Shown: one piece after another, positions 53,801-64,000 of the stretch
How positions within the stretch are numbered: position 1 is the first letter of the stretch
How the letters are laid out: the number at the start of each line of letters is the position of its first letter
NCBI GenBank assembly: GCA_963751345.1
Contig: CAVVUS010000022.1
Span: forward strand, 128,001-192,000
Direction: 5' to 3'
DNA length: 64,000 nt
From: an uncultured Chloroflexia bacterium
GTDB taxonomy: Bacteria > Chloroflexota > Anaerolineae > B4-G1 > SLSP01
Translations under genes and position numbers: made by a program
The notes under the pieces: model-generated
Databases searched by the model: none
Seen by the model: only the letters and a program-made list of their open reading frames with translations
Told to the model about the DNA's origin: nothing

Positions 53801-56800
53801 GCCGGGCAACCCGACGGCGAGGTCACGCTGGTGACCGGCGGCATCCTGCAGCCGGAGACTGACACCATCCGCCGCATCATGCCCTTCGAGCAGTACTGGG
53901 GTAGCAACTATACCCACCTCACGGATAGCCTGTCGACTGCAGATATGCAGGCGCACGGCAGCGAGACGGTTGCGGCAACCGTGACCGTCGACGCCGCCGG
54001 CAGCAGCTAGCCCATCAACTGGTCGGTGGCTTGGTCGCTCTACCCCTACTTGTGCCCGTCCTGTCCCGTCGAGTGGACCTTCGTCGACGATCCGGCGGAG
54101 CCCTCGGCAGCCTTCCCGCTGGAGCTGGACCTTGCCAGCACGACGCTGCGCATGCTCAACAGTGACGTCCTCGACGGCAAGGTGCGCACTCTAGACAGCT
54201 ATCAGAAGGTGAGTGGACCGGTCGCGTTCCAGTTCCACAACACCACCGCCCGGCTGACACTAGGGCCTTTGCTGGGTGGCACGACCAAGCCGGTGGAAGT
54301 CGTCATTCAGCCGCCGGAGTGGCCGCGCGCCGCCGAAGGCGCAGGCAGTTGTGAATCAGGCGGTAGCCCAAGTAGCTGTCTCGACCTCCGCAGTGATGAC
54401 TACGCGTGGGCGCCACTTGGCGACGCAGAGCAGAACGTGCTGCCCTGGTCGCTCCCGGATATGCACATCGAGACGGCGCCCGCGACGGTCGTTTTCAGCA
54501 GAGCGGGCCAACTAAACATTTTCAGCACCGACCATCCCGCAAGCGCGGCCGACTTCGCCCAAACCTTTAGCTTTGATACCTGGGAGGCTGGGGTACGTGT
54601 GACCCAGGAGAAGTGCGTGGCAAGTGACCCGGCCGAGACCACCGTAATCCGCGGCAACGGATTCATTGGCCTGCCCACGTTAGGAGACGACGGCAGCGGT
54701 CCGGAGGGCACCTGGATCAAGGTCGCCTTCCGTCTCTGCGAGACGAGCCTTCAGGAAGCCCATATGGAGTTCGGCATCCCCAAGCCGGGCATCCCCGTCG
54801 GCAGCACGGGTGTGGGGGTGCATTTGCTGGACGGCACCGTTGTCATCGACCCCAACACCGGCGAGACGCGCATCACGCTGGGCGTCGGCTTCGAGACCCT
54901 CGACGGCTTCACGCTCACCGACGGCAAGGGCACCGTGACCTTGGACACAGCGGGCCTGCTCTCACTGCAGGCCACGGGCAAACTGGTGGGGGTGGTCAGC
55001 GCCGACGAGCTACGCCTCGATGTGGCCTGGAATCCGCTGGACGTGTTGTTCAAGGGCCAGGTTTCTTACGGTGGCGGTCTGGTCACCGGCAATGTGGGCA
55101 TGCACGGCTGGATCGGCCAGGGATGGCAAGCCAAGTATGCGTGGCTGCCGGCCAACGACGACTTCCACTTCACCGGCTCGATTGCGGCGACGGTGCGCAT
55201 CAAGAGTGGGTCGGTCGTCGATGACTGGCCCTTCGTCCTGCCACCGTTTACGATCAGCCTGACGGCGGAGGTAGCTTTCGGCGAATTCTGTACCAGCAGC
55301 AACTGCACCAGCTATGATTGGGGGATGTCGGCGGTCGTCGAGGTGCTGGGCTACGACGTTGGCGTCTATGTCGACAGCGGTGGACCGGACCTGATCCTCG
55401 GCCCCAACAGCCACAAACTGATCGATCAGGCCGGCGCAGCCGTCGCCGTGCTGCACGTGGCAGCCACGGATGCGCTCCAGCCGGTCTTCTATCCGGGCAC
55501 AAACCAGATCAACCTCACGCCACCGTCAGCAGCCCCTTCGATGGCGCGACGCCCGACCAGGCGGCGACCGCGTGCACGGGCACCGGCACGCCTACGGTGA
55601 TATGCCCCTTCACCATCGGTCCGGGTGTCGGGCGGGCGCTTTTCCTCGTCAGTTGGGAAAACGGGGGCCTCGGCGTCTCGCTGATCAAGCCTGACAACAC
55701 GGTCATCACGCCCGGAACGCCCTCCCACACGGTGTGGTCGTCACCACGACGGGTCCGGGCCTACAGCAGGTCATCGCCTACAGCGCCATCACCCCCACCC
55801 GGAGCAGCGCTCGACACCGGCCGTGGAAAGTCGGCTGGAGCACGTTGGGAAGGTGCTGCCGGGGATGTGAACAACTATAACCTGCTCTTCGCCGCGGATC
55901 CCCCGCCGCCACGCTGACGTGGGATCCCCCGGTCAATCTTTCTGCGACGATGAAGCGACTTCCGTGGATGCCATGCGGGTGGGCAGACGCTTAACCCGGA
56001 CCTCGAGGTTGAGCCTTCGCCATTCCCGTGGCCCAGAAGCCGGTCACGCCCACGCTCATGGCCGGCACGACCATCGTGCAGAAGATCTCCGCCAACAGCG
56101 GTATGTATGACTGGGACCTCAGCGGGCTTGCCGCCGGCACCTATGCATATGGCGCCCGGATGACGATCACGCCACGGGCAATCGCCACGTTGTGATCTGG
56201 TCGCCCTATACGGTGACCATCGTTGACACGACCCCGCCACCCGTTCCAGCGATGGCCGGCAGTGTGGCGGCATCGACACGCTGATCGTCTACTGGTTCCG
56301 CGACGACACAACGCCCGACCTGGCAGGCTATCTGGCGGAGTACACCTTCCCCGACTGGGACCTGAGCACGCCGATCTCGGTAACCCGCCGGGTCCTGCCC
56401 GTCAAGAAGAGCGAGTCGCCGATCGTGCAGCGTGCACGCCTGGGGGGGCTCTCGCTTTCTGTCTCGCAGGTCATCAGCACGACCGCTGCGTGCGGGCGTA
56501 TGACGCTTCCGGTAATGTGAGCGGCTGTACACCCACTGTCTACGTTATGCCCGAGTCGCCGTCGCCGCGGTTGGGACCGCCCGGACGCGTCGCGCTGGCC
56601 CACAGCGGCACGGGAATCACCGCCATCTCGGCGCCGCCCGCTGTCCGTGATCTTGGCGGATCGCTCCTCGACTACGGGCCGGTAGGATGTCTGCTCGACC
56701 GTCCGGAACGAACGGCGTCGGAGGGACCTTCGCCTCTCGTGCTTGGCCCCACGGCGACGACGACCACCCTCACGGGACTCACACCAGGGCAGGTCTACGA

Positions 56801-57463
56801 GGTGGGTGTCCGCGGCTTCCGGACGAACGGCGAGATTCGGCCGCGCATAACGGATACGTCATGGCGATCGATCCGACCGACGGCAACGCCGATGGTATTC
56901 CCGATCAGTGGGCTGCACTCTACGGGCTCAGCCCCGACATCGCGACCTCGATGGCGACGGGCTCTCCGACGTGAACGAGTACGATGCAGCCTCGAACCCC
57001 GGAATGCCGACAGCGATGGCGATGGCTACTACGACGGAGAGGAGGTGGAGGCGGGCAGCGATCCCTGCGATCCCGCCAGCCGGCCCGACACCGTGAAACC
57101 CAAGCTCGCACTCGTCGGTGACGCGGCCCTCCAGTTCACAGCGGCGGCAAACCTTGGCGCCCCCGAAACACAGTTCGTCTCGGTCTATAATGCCGGTCTG
57201 GGCACGCTAACCTGGCAAGCCGACAGCTCAGCCGGGTGGATCGTCATCAGCCCCACACGTAGCATCGGGCTTGGTACGTTGACCGTCACAGTGAACCCAC
57301 ACGGCCTGGCGCCGGCACTACTCCGGTTTCGTCACGATCACTAACGCCGGCCTGAGCGTGGCCAGCGTTGCGGCAGCGCAGCCCGAGTCCGTGACAATCC
57401 CGGTCACGATGGTGGTGCTGGCGCCCAAGCAACAGGAGATCGACTTTCCAGGTCCACCGATAG
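50875..57463 (+). CDS. Very large secreted multidomain protein (WapA-like N-terminus, DNRLRE-like domain, FN3, DxDGDG repeats, BACON-like), broken by many indels and one in-frame TAG
   Basis: SD GGAGGTG and signal peptide; NYLDQDGNWAPID; AYPVVLDP; GLTPGQVYEVGV; DSDGDGYYDGEEV; NAGLGTLTW. Confidence 0.75.
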
Positions 57464-57471
57464 GGCAAAAT

Positions 57472-57512
57472 CTGGCGGGCGGGAACGTCGAAGCAGCATT
57501 CCCGCCCGCCAG
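57472..57512. terminator. Hairpin between convergent genes
   Basis: Perfect 14-bp stem CTGGCGGGCGGGAA/TTCCCGCCCGCCAG. Confidence 0.7.
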
Positions 57513-57553
57513 CGAAGGACCGTCGATGTGGTCTTGTGTGCAGGCTTCGGGCG

Positions 57554-58557
57554 TCAGATCCTTCCCGCCTGGCGTAGGACGGCGAGTGCGTCGATCGTGA
57601 CCCAGGGGTTCATACGCTTGCGGCTGGTGCCGCCCCAATCGACGAGCGAGCCGCCGTTGGCGGGGGTCTCCACGACGCGATAGTGCCGGCGCTCGGCCGG
57701 AAAACCGCCGTCGGGCAGCCGCTTGCTCTCCAGGAGATCCAGCGCATCGGCACAGCGCGGGTCGTCCAGCAATCCCATCTCCCCCAGCACTTTGAGACCA
57801 AAGAGAATGTCGTAGTGCCAGTAGCAGGGGTAGTGGAGCTTGACGAAGTCCTCCTTCATCACGCTGCCATCGGCCTGCCGGCGAAAGAGCTTGCGTTTGA
57901 GGAAGATGTCGGAGGCGCGGAGCGCCGCTTCGGTGGAGGCCACATCGCCGGTCAGCCGCCCGTGAAGAGCCAATCCCCGCATCGGGATCAGGCTCTCCAT
58001 ATACGATGAGTTGACCGCGCTCGTTGTGCGGTCGCAGTTCCAACCACCGTCGGGCCACTGCCAGCGGATGAGCAGGCGCGCCAGTTCGTCGGCGCGCTCG
58101 TCCGCGATCCCCAGCGCCAACGTCGACCAGAGCGCGTTGCCCTGCTGTGAGGCGCATCGACGCGCGCGCCCGTCGATGATCGGCACGCCGGGCAACGACT
58201 TGTAGCGCGCCGACTCACGCTCGACGATCCGCTCCTGGATGTACTTGGGATCCAGCCACATCTCGTAGACCTGATCCCGCAACGGGACGAGATCCTTGTC
58301 GCCCGCCGGATAGCCTATATCCGCGAGTGAAGCCAGGGTCCAATGCGCACCCGTGAACTTGGCGTACGCGCTGCCGGGCATCCGGCCGTCGGCAGCGCGC
58401 AAGGAGAGCATCTGCGGACGCGGTCGCTCGACCGCGCCGCCTCCGCCGGCGCGCGCATCTCCGGAGACGCCGCATCCTCCCCGAGGACCCGCAGCCGCGT
58501 CTTGAGGCGGACACAGGGATCATCTGAAGCGAGCAACTGAATGACAATAGTATCCAT
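57554..58557 (-). CDS. Prenyltransferase/squalene-cyclase-like (alpha/alpha barrel) protein, frameshifted near 58415
   Basis: QWPDGGWNC, YPCYWHYD, RLPDGGF and NPWVT motifs. Confidence 0.7.
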
Positions 58558-58751
58558 ATCGAGTCGGAGCCCCTGGAGATCGCATGCGTGGAGTCTCACT
58601 TCTCAAGCTCGGATACAAAGGCAGCAAACGTCATCGGCTCAGACGAGGGGAGATGTCCATCTGGATCAGCATAAGGACCTGGTAGACCGGTTGGTGATTA
58701 TATCCTCGTACATCTCACACCCCCTTTCGTTAGCTTACGGCGCCACTCAAA

Positions 58752-60419
58752 TCAATTCCGTTTCAGCGACCGATACTTGCCACGGGTACTGGCGGACTTG
58801 CCCAGGCGCTCGCGCTGGTCGGCCTCGTAGTCGGACCAGTTGCCGATGTGGAAGGTCACCTGCCCGTCATCCTCGAAGGCGAGGATGTGCGTGGCGACGC
58901 GGTCGAGGAACCACCGGTCGTGGCTGACAACGATCGCACATCCGGCGAAGGCGGTCAGGGCTTCCTCCAGGGCACGCAGCGTGTTGACATCCAGGTCGTT
59001 GGTGGGCTCGTCCAACATAATGACGTTCCCGCCCTCCGTCAACGTCTTGGCAAGGTGCACGCGATTGCGCTCGCCACCGGAGAGCGATCCAACCAGTTTC
59101 TGCTGGTCCGAGCCGCTAAAGTTGAACGAGGCTACGTACGCCCGCGAGTTCGTCTGGCGGCTCCCCAACGTCAGCGTATCTGCGCCTCCCGAGATCTCTT
59201 CCCAGACCGTTTTCTCACCATTCAGTGTCCTGAACTGGTCGGCATACGCCAGGACGACCGTCTCGCCGACCCGTACCGTGCCCTCATCCGGCGTCTCCTG
59301 CCCGGTGATCATCCTCAGGAAGGTGGTCTTGCCGGCGCCATTAGGCCCAATCACGCCCACGATGCTCCCCCGGGGCAAACTTATGGACAGATCGTCGATC
59401 AGCTTCCGGTCGCCGTACCCCTTGCTCACGCCCTCGGCCTCAATGACCACGTCCCCCAGCCTGGGGCCCGACGGGATGTAAATCTCCAGATCCTCGCGCT
59501 CCCGCTCGTACTCCTGGCTCAACAGGCGCTCATAGGCCGAGACACGTGCCTGGCCCTTGGCCTGTCGCGCTCTGGGTGCCAGATGGATCCACTCCAGCTC
59601 CCGTGCCAGCGTCTTCTGCCGTTTGGACTCCGTTCGCTCCTCCTGTCGCAGCCGCTCCTGCTTCTGCTCCAACCAGGAGGAGTAGTTACCTTTCCACGGA
59701 ATGCCGAAGCCCCGGTCTAGCTCCAGAATCCACTCGGCCACATTGTCCAGGAAATAGCGGTCGTGGGTCACGGCAATCACGGTGCCCTTATAGTCCCGCA
59801 GGTGCCGCTCGAGCCACGCCGTCGACGCCGCGTCGAGGTGGTTGGTCGGCTCGTCCAGGAGCAGGATGTCGGGCTCCGTCAGCAGTAGGCGCGTCAGCGC
59901 CACCCGGCGCCGCTCGCCACCTGAGATCACCCGCACCGGCGTATCCGGAGGCGGGCAGCCCAGCGCCTCCATCGCGACCTCCAGCTGGTTGTCCAGCTCC
60001 CAGGCCCCACGGCGGTCGATCTCCTCCTGAAGCTTGGCCTGTTTGGCCAGCAGTGCATCGAAGTCGGCCTCGGGATCTCCAAAAGCCTCAGTCACGGCGT
60101 CATAGCTCGCGAGCAAGTCGACCACGGGCTGCACTGCCTCCTGGACCACCTCGCGGACGGTCTTGTCGTCGTCCAACTGGGGCTCCTGCTCCAGAAGGCC
60201 TACGCTGTAGCCCTTGGACATCGCGATCTCGCCAACGTAGTCCTTGTCGATACCGGCGATGATCCGCAGCAGCGTCGATTTCCCGGAGCCGTTGAGTCCC
60301 AGGACGCCGATCTTCGCGCCGTAGAAAAAGCCCAGCGAAATATCACGTAACACCTGCCGGTTGGGCGGATAGATTCGCCCAACCCCCATCATCGAATAGA
60401 TAACCTGATCGTTTGGCAT
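58752..60419 (-). CDS. ettA: ABC-F translation throttle protein EttA
   Basis: ISLGFFYGAKIGVLGLNGSGKST, two NBDs, GIPWKGNYSSWLEQK and ELEWI..PRARQAK. Confidence 0.96.
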   Translation of the reverse strand: MPNDQVIYSMMGVGRIYPPNRQVLRDISLGFFYGAKIGVLGLNGSGKSTLLRIIAGIDKDYVGEIAMSKGYSVGLLEQEPQLDDDKTVREVVQEAVQPVVDLLASYDAVTEAFGDPEADFDALLAKQAKLQEEIDRRGAWELDNQLEVAMEALGCPPPDTPVRVISGGERRRVALTRLLLTEPDILLLDEPTNHLDAASTAWLERHLRDYKGTVIAVTHDRYFLDNVAEWILELDRGFGIPWKGNYSSWLEQKQERLRQEERTESKRQKTLARELEWIHLAPRARQAKGQARVSAYERLLSQEYEREREDLEIYIPSGPRLGDVVIEAEGVSKGYGDRKLIDDLSISLPRGSIVGVIGPNGAGKTTFLRMITGQETPDEGTVRVGETVVLAYADQFRTLNGEKTVWEEISGGADTLTLGSRQTNSRAYVASFNFSGSDQQKLVGSLSGGERNRVHLAKTLTEGGNVIMLDEPTNDLDVNTLRALEEALTAFAGCAIVVSHDRWFLDRVATHILAFEDDGQVTFHIGNWSDYEADQRERLGKSASTRGKYRSLKRN

Positions 60420-60462
60420 GGCTCTATTATAACCCAAACGGTGGACGGACGTGGGCTGGCCC

Positions 60463-61239
60463 TCAGAGACCGGCAACCACACAGAACTCCCCGGCGACGA
60501 AGCTGAGCCAGTGGTCCCAGGTACCCGGTTCTAGGCCATCGAGGGGCTGAAAGTGATGGGGCGATTCCAGGACCTCCCGGATCGCAAAGCCCTCGGCGAT
60601 CAGGCCGTTGAAGATCTCCTGCAAGAAGTGGCGGTAGTCGGCGGGAATGCTCTCGCCGAGCCGGCGGACCGCGTAGGGCACGGTGATGCGGTAACCTGTG
60701 CCGTCCCACGCGTCCATGTCCACGAACTGGGTTGCGGGGTTGTTGAACTCGGTGCGGTAGGTGCCCCCAGGACGTAGGACGCGCCGGACCTGGGCGAAGA
60801 CGGGACGGACCTCGGGAACGTAGGAGAGCGACGGCGCCTGCCAGACGAGATCGTACGCATCGTCCTTCAGCCGGAAGAGGTCGCGCATGTCAGCCTGATA
60901 GGTCGTGACGGGATAGCCGTAGTGGGCCGCCGCCTTCCGGTCACCGGCGAGTTGGCCCCCGGTCAGGTCGGCGACGGTGACGTGCGCGCCGAGCAGGCCA
61001 AAGACAGCCGATTGCTGTCCGCCGCCCGAGGCCAGGCAGAGCACGTCCTTGCCGGCAACATCCTCCAGCAACCGTGCGGGGTACATCTCGATCAGAGTCT
61101 CGGGCACCGGCGACAGCTCACCGCGGACGTAGCGGCGGATGTTGTCGAGGTCAAGATCGAGCCAGGGAATCGTGTAACCGCATCCCTCATCGACCATGCG
61201 TTCCCAATGCTGTTGGTTGATGTCCGCGATCTCGTCCAC
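60463..61239 (-). CDS. Class I SAM-dependent methyltransferase
   Basis: VLCLASGGGQQ, ADMRDL and RVLRPGG. Confidence 0.88.
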   Translation of the reverse strand: MDEIADINQQHWERMVDEGCGYTIPWLDLDLDNIRRYVRGELSPVPETLIEMYPARLLEDVAGKDVLCLASGGGQQSAVFGLLGAHVTVADLTGGQLAGDRKAAAHYGYPVTTYQADMRDLFRLKDDAYDLVWQAPSLSYVPEVRPVFAQVRRVLRPGGTYRTEFNNPATQFVDMDAWDGTGYRITVPYAVRRLGESIPADYRHFLQEIFNGLIAEGFAIREVLESPHHFQPLDGLEPGTWDHWLSFVAGEFCVVAGL

Positions 61240-61267
61240 AGCTTCGCCCTTTCGTCTCATCTGTTGG

Positions 61268-62071
61268 CTATCCGGAGGCGTCGTCGCGGCGGAACACCCA
61301 CCAGACGTCGTGTCCTTCGAAACCACACCGGCGATATAGAGCCTCAGGATGGCTCTCGTTGTCGATCTGACCGGCGACCGTCGTGAAGTCGGCGCGCCCC
61401 TCTACCCGCCGGAGCAGTTCGCATACCAACGCCGCCCCCAGCCCCCTCCGCCGGTACGCCGGCAGCACCTGGACCCACTCAAGCGACGCCTCCGGCACCG
61501 TCTCGTCGAACTCCGCGATGCCGAGCGCAGCAGGCGCGCCGGTTCGGCGGTCTATCACCCACAACCAGAGATCTGGCGCGTACACAGGATGTCTCGTCCA
61601 GCTCTCGACGATGGCGTCGGTGAGTGAAGTCCATTCGTAGCACCGATTGACGAAGCCCGCAACACCGTCTGCGCTGTCCGCTTGCCGGAGCGAGAACCCG
61701 TCGGGCAGCGACCGTATCGGATCTGCGCCGGAGTGAAACAGGCGGAAGTATCTCTCGGGAGGAGCAAGGTATTCGAGTTGAGCCGTCGAGACATCACGAT
61801 CGTGGAGCAGAAGCAGCTGGAATCCGGCCAGCTCCGGGAAGGCCGGGCTCGACTCCGCCTCCTCATAGTGCCAATGAACCATCAGCCGCCGATCGTCGGT
61901 CGCAGTGAGCCACACGACATAGCCGCTGCCGGGATCGATCGCCATCTCCAGAACCGGTTCGGAAGCTTCCCGGATCTCACGTAGGGTCTTCCACAGCGCG
62001 TTGGGCAGGACTTCGCACGGGCGGTCGCCATAGACGATCCGCAGCGCGGGCTCGAAATCGCTCAGTGGCAC
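61268..62071 (-). CDS. GNAT acetyltransferase
   Basis: EWVQVLPAYRRRGLG and LYRRCGF. Confidence 0.85.
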   Translation of the reverse strand: MPLSDFEPALRIVYGDRPCEVLPNALWKTLREIREASEPVLEMAIDPGSGYVVWLTATDDRRLMVHWHYEEAESSPAFPELAGFQLLLLHDRDVSTAQLEYLAPPERYFRLFHSGADPIRSLPDGFSLRQADSADGVAGFVNRCYEWTSLTDAIVESWTRHPVYAPDLWLWVIDRRTGAPAALGIAEFDETVPEASLEWVQVLPAYRRRGLGAALVCELLRRVEGRADFTTVAGQIDNESHPEALYRRCGFEGHDVWWVFRRDDASG

Positions 62072-62075
62072 TCTT

Positions 62076-62384
62076 TCAGGAGACAAGGAGCAGCAGCCCA
62101 TTGAGGATCACCGTCCAGCCCGCCAACAGGACCAGGAGATTGAGCGCGAGCCAGCGGACGACAACCCAGTCGGAGAAGACGTAGTGATACACATAGCGCT
62201 CATAGAAGAGCATCTTCACGGCATTGGCTGCCGGATGCGAACAAATGTAAAGGCCCAGCACCACACCGATACTGCCACCCAGATAGTGCACGCCGGTGAA
62301 CGGGCCGAGATAGTGGAGTACACCGGAAGCAACGGCAGACGACAGAGTCAGGACCCAGAGCTTTAGCCAGTTTCGGTGTGGCAC
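62076..62384 (-). CDS. Small 3-TM membrane protein
   Basis: GTG start after GAGGT; IGVVLGLYICSHPAAN and WLALNLLVLLAGW. Confidence 0.6.
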   Translation of the reverse strand: MPHRNWLKLWVLTLSSAVASGVLHYLGPFTGVHYLGGSIGVVLGLYICSHPAANAVKMLFYERYVYHYVFSDWVVVRWLALNLLVLLAGWTVILNGLLLLVS

Positions 62385-62407
62385 GTACCTCGTTCGCCCG
62401 GATCGGC

Positions 62408-63189
62408 CTACCGGTAGAGCTCCTGGCGCTGCCCCACGAACCAGGGATTCGTCTCCCGCTGACGAAAGCGCAACCGCAGGGTCGACATCGCGCACGATGA
62501 TTCCCTCACGGTCCCAGATCTCTTCCAGGAGATCGCCCGAGGGATCCGTGATGTTGCTTCCACCGCGGCAATAACTCCCGGTCTCGTCGGGCCCCGCGCA
62601 GCACGACACCGCCATCCACATAGAGTTCCTTGCGGCGAGATCCTTAACTTCGGCGTGCCCACGGCTGTTGCGATTGTTCATCCAGAAGACGACCGAGCAT
62701 CCCAGATTGGCATAGGCACGCGTCATCTCGGGGAAATCGCCGTCGTAGCAGATCATCAATCCGCAGCATCGTCCCAAGAACGTCAAAGGTCACCAACCTG
62801 TCCCCCGCCTTGTAGTAACTTGGCTCGTGCCGCAGGCCCTCTGCGGCCCACCATAGATGCGTCTTGCGATAGTTGGCGATGACGCCCTGCCCGGAGACGA
62901 CCGGTGCCGCGATGTAAGTGCCGGCATCGTCACGTTCAGTGAGCCCGTAGATCACCAATGCATGGGTTCCCCGAAGCAACGCCTGAAACGCCTGCGTGGT
63001 GGGGCCGTGGAGAGGCTCCGCGAGGGCCTTAAGGTTCTCGACGTAGCCAACGAGCAGCTCCTCGTGAAACAGAATGACGTCTGCCCCTTGAGCCAGAGCA
63101 TCTGCGGCAAACGACAGCGCCTTGGCGCGATTCTCGTCAACCCGCCCGGGATTGCCGTTCTGCTGGATCACCGCGATTTTGATCGTCAC
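62408..63189 (-). CDS. Carbon-nitrogen hydrolase (nitrilase superfamily), frameshifted
   Basis: E-K-C triad FHEE, YRKTHLW and ICYD; GGSNITDPSG; spread over three ORFs. Confidence 0.85.
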
Positions 63190-63235
63190 AGCAACACATC
63201 CTACTCTGGCGCCTCCAAAGAGAGCGCCCGCGCAC

Positions 63236-63969
63236 TCAGACCTCGCGCGCCCTGGTTACACGCCTCGTCAGCAACAGCACCAACGATGGGCTGATCAGCA
63301 GGCCGGCGACCGGCGTCAGGCCGACCTTTGTAAAGAGCGTCGGCATCAGTTCCGAGTACGCCCACAAGTGCTGATCGTAGGAATTGATCTCCAGATAGAC
63401 CAGGAACGCCACACAGACGGCCGTCGTGATGAGGTAGCCAACCCATGGGCGCATCGGCCGGCTGCGAGATCCCAGCAAGCCGCCGCCGCGCACAAACCAG
63501 AACCGGTCTTGGTAGATCTGGCTGGTCAGCAAAACGCACCCAGGATCAGCAGCGCATCGAGGAGCGCCGCTCGCCAGAAGGTCTGGACGAAAAACAGCTT
63601 CATCGCGACGGTATTCTCGCCAAAATAGGGGATGCCGCGGTTGACGCCGGTATACATCGGAATCTGCGAGACCTCCCACCAGAAGTTGAAGAAGAAGCCG
63701 AAGACGACGATCAGCAGTTCCGGCTGAACGAGGAACCGGACGAAGGCGTTGGACGCCTCGGGTCTCATCCGGAGCGGCCACGCTCGATCTCCTTCCTGTC
63801 GCCGAATGGGAATAGACAGCAGCACGGATGACAGGATGCCCAGGAGAATGATGCCAATGCCCGTGAACAGTCTGGGCAGACGTGCAAGCCCGGTGATGAC
63901 AAACCAAGCCCCAATCAGAACCAACACGACACGCACAACGCCACGGATGATCTTCAGTGTCTTCGTCAT
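63236..63969 (-). CDS. Hypothetical integral membrane protein, frameshifted near 63550
   Basis: Multiple TM helices; WEVSQIPMY joins WAYSELMP..VGLTP in the other frame. Confidence 0.65.
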
Positions 63970-64000
63970 TGTGTTCCACTCTCTTGACGGCAGGATGTTG

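Noticed and set aside
62076-62786. Nitrilase-membrane protein fusion ORF
   Set aside because: An indel artefact: the nitrilase ends at 62408 in another frame and the membrane gene has its own SD.

Overview
High-GC bacterial chromosome segment. It is probably Chloroflexota/Anaerolineae-like, an inference from gene content, protein motifs and intergenic repeat style. About 20 genes are split by indels, most plausibly long-read consensus errors, so I rejoined them by eye and their internal breakpoints are approximate. Order from start to end: metallophosphoesterase (partial), RNase P RNA, rpsF-ssb-rpsR with an S6:S18-type leader, a SurA/PrsA-like foldase, a long Rel, a lipoprotein, a secreted 4-repeat protein, an ~11 kb surface-glycan locus (2 AlkP-superfamily proteins, flippase, methyltransferase, 2 GT4, 2 GT2, epimerase), rpiA, msrPQ, a large lipoprotein nuclease, scattered sugar catabolism (GH4, GH29, TIM-barrel isomerase, GH43, GH42, SDR), a three-gene cassette (triple-FHA ABC exporter with a 12-Cys extracellular insert, B12-radical SAM, membrane protein), Zn-ADH, an orphan DUF692/MNIO enzyme, a ~2200 aa secreted protein with a WapA-like N-terminus, ettA and several small enzymes. 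I saw no tRNA, rRNA, CRISPR array or transposase. The most interesting signals are the FHA-ABC/radical SAM cassette, the orphan MNIO, short-period (7-8 bp) palindromic elements between sugar genes, and a palindromic element inserted in frame in the GH43 gene. All family calls come from motif recognition, not database searches.
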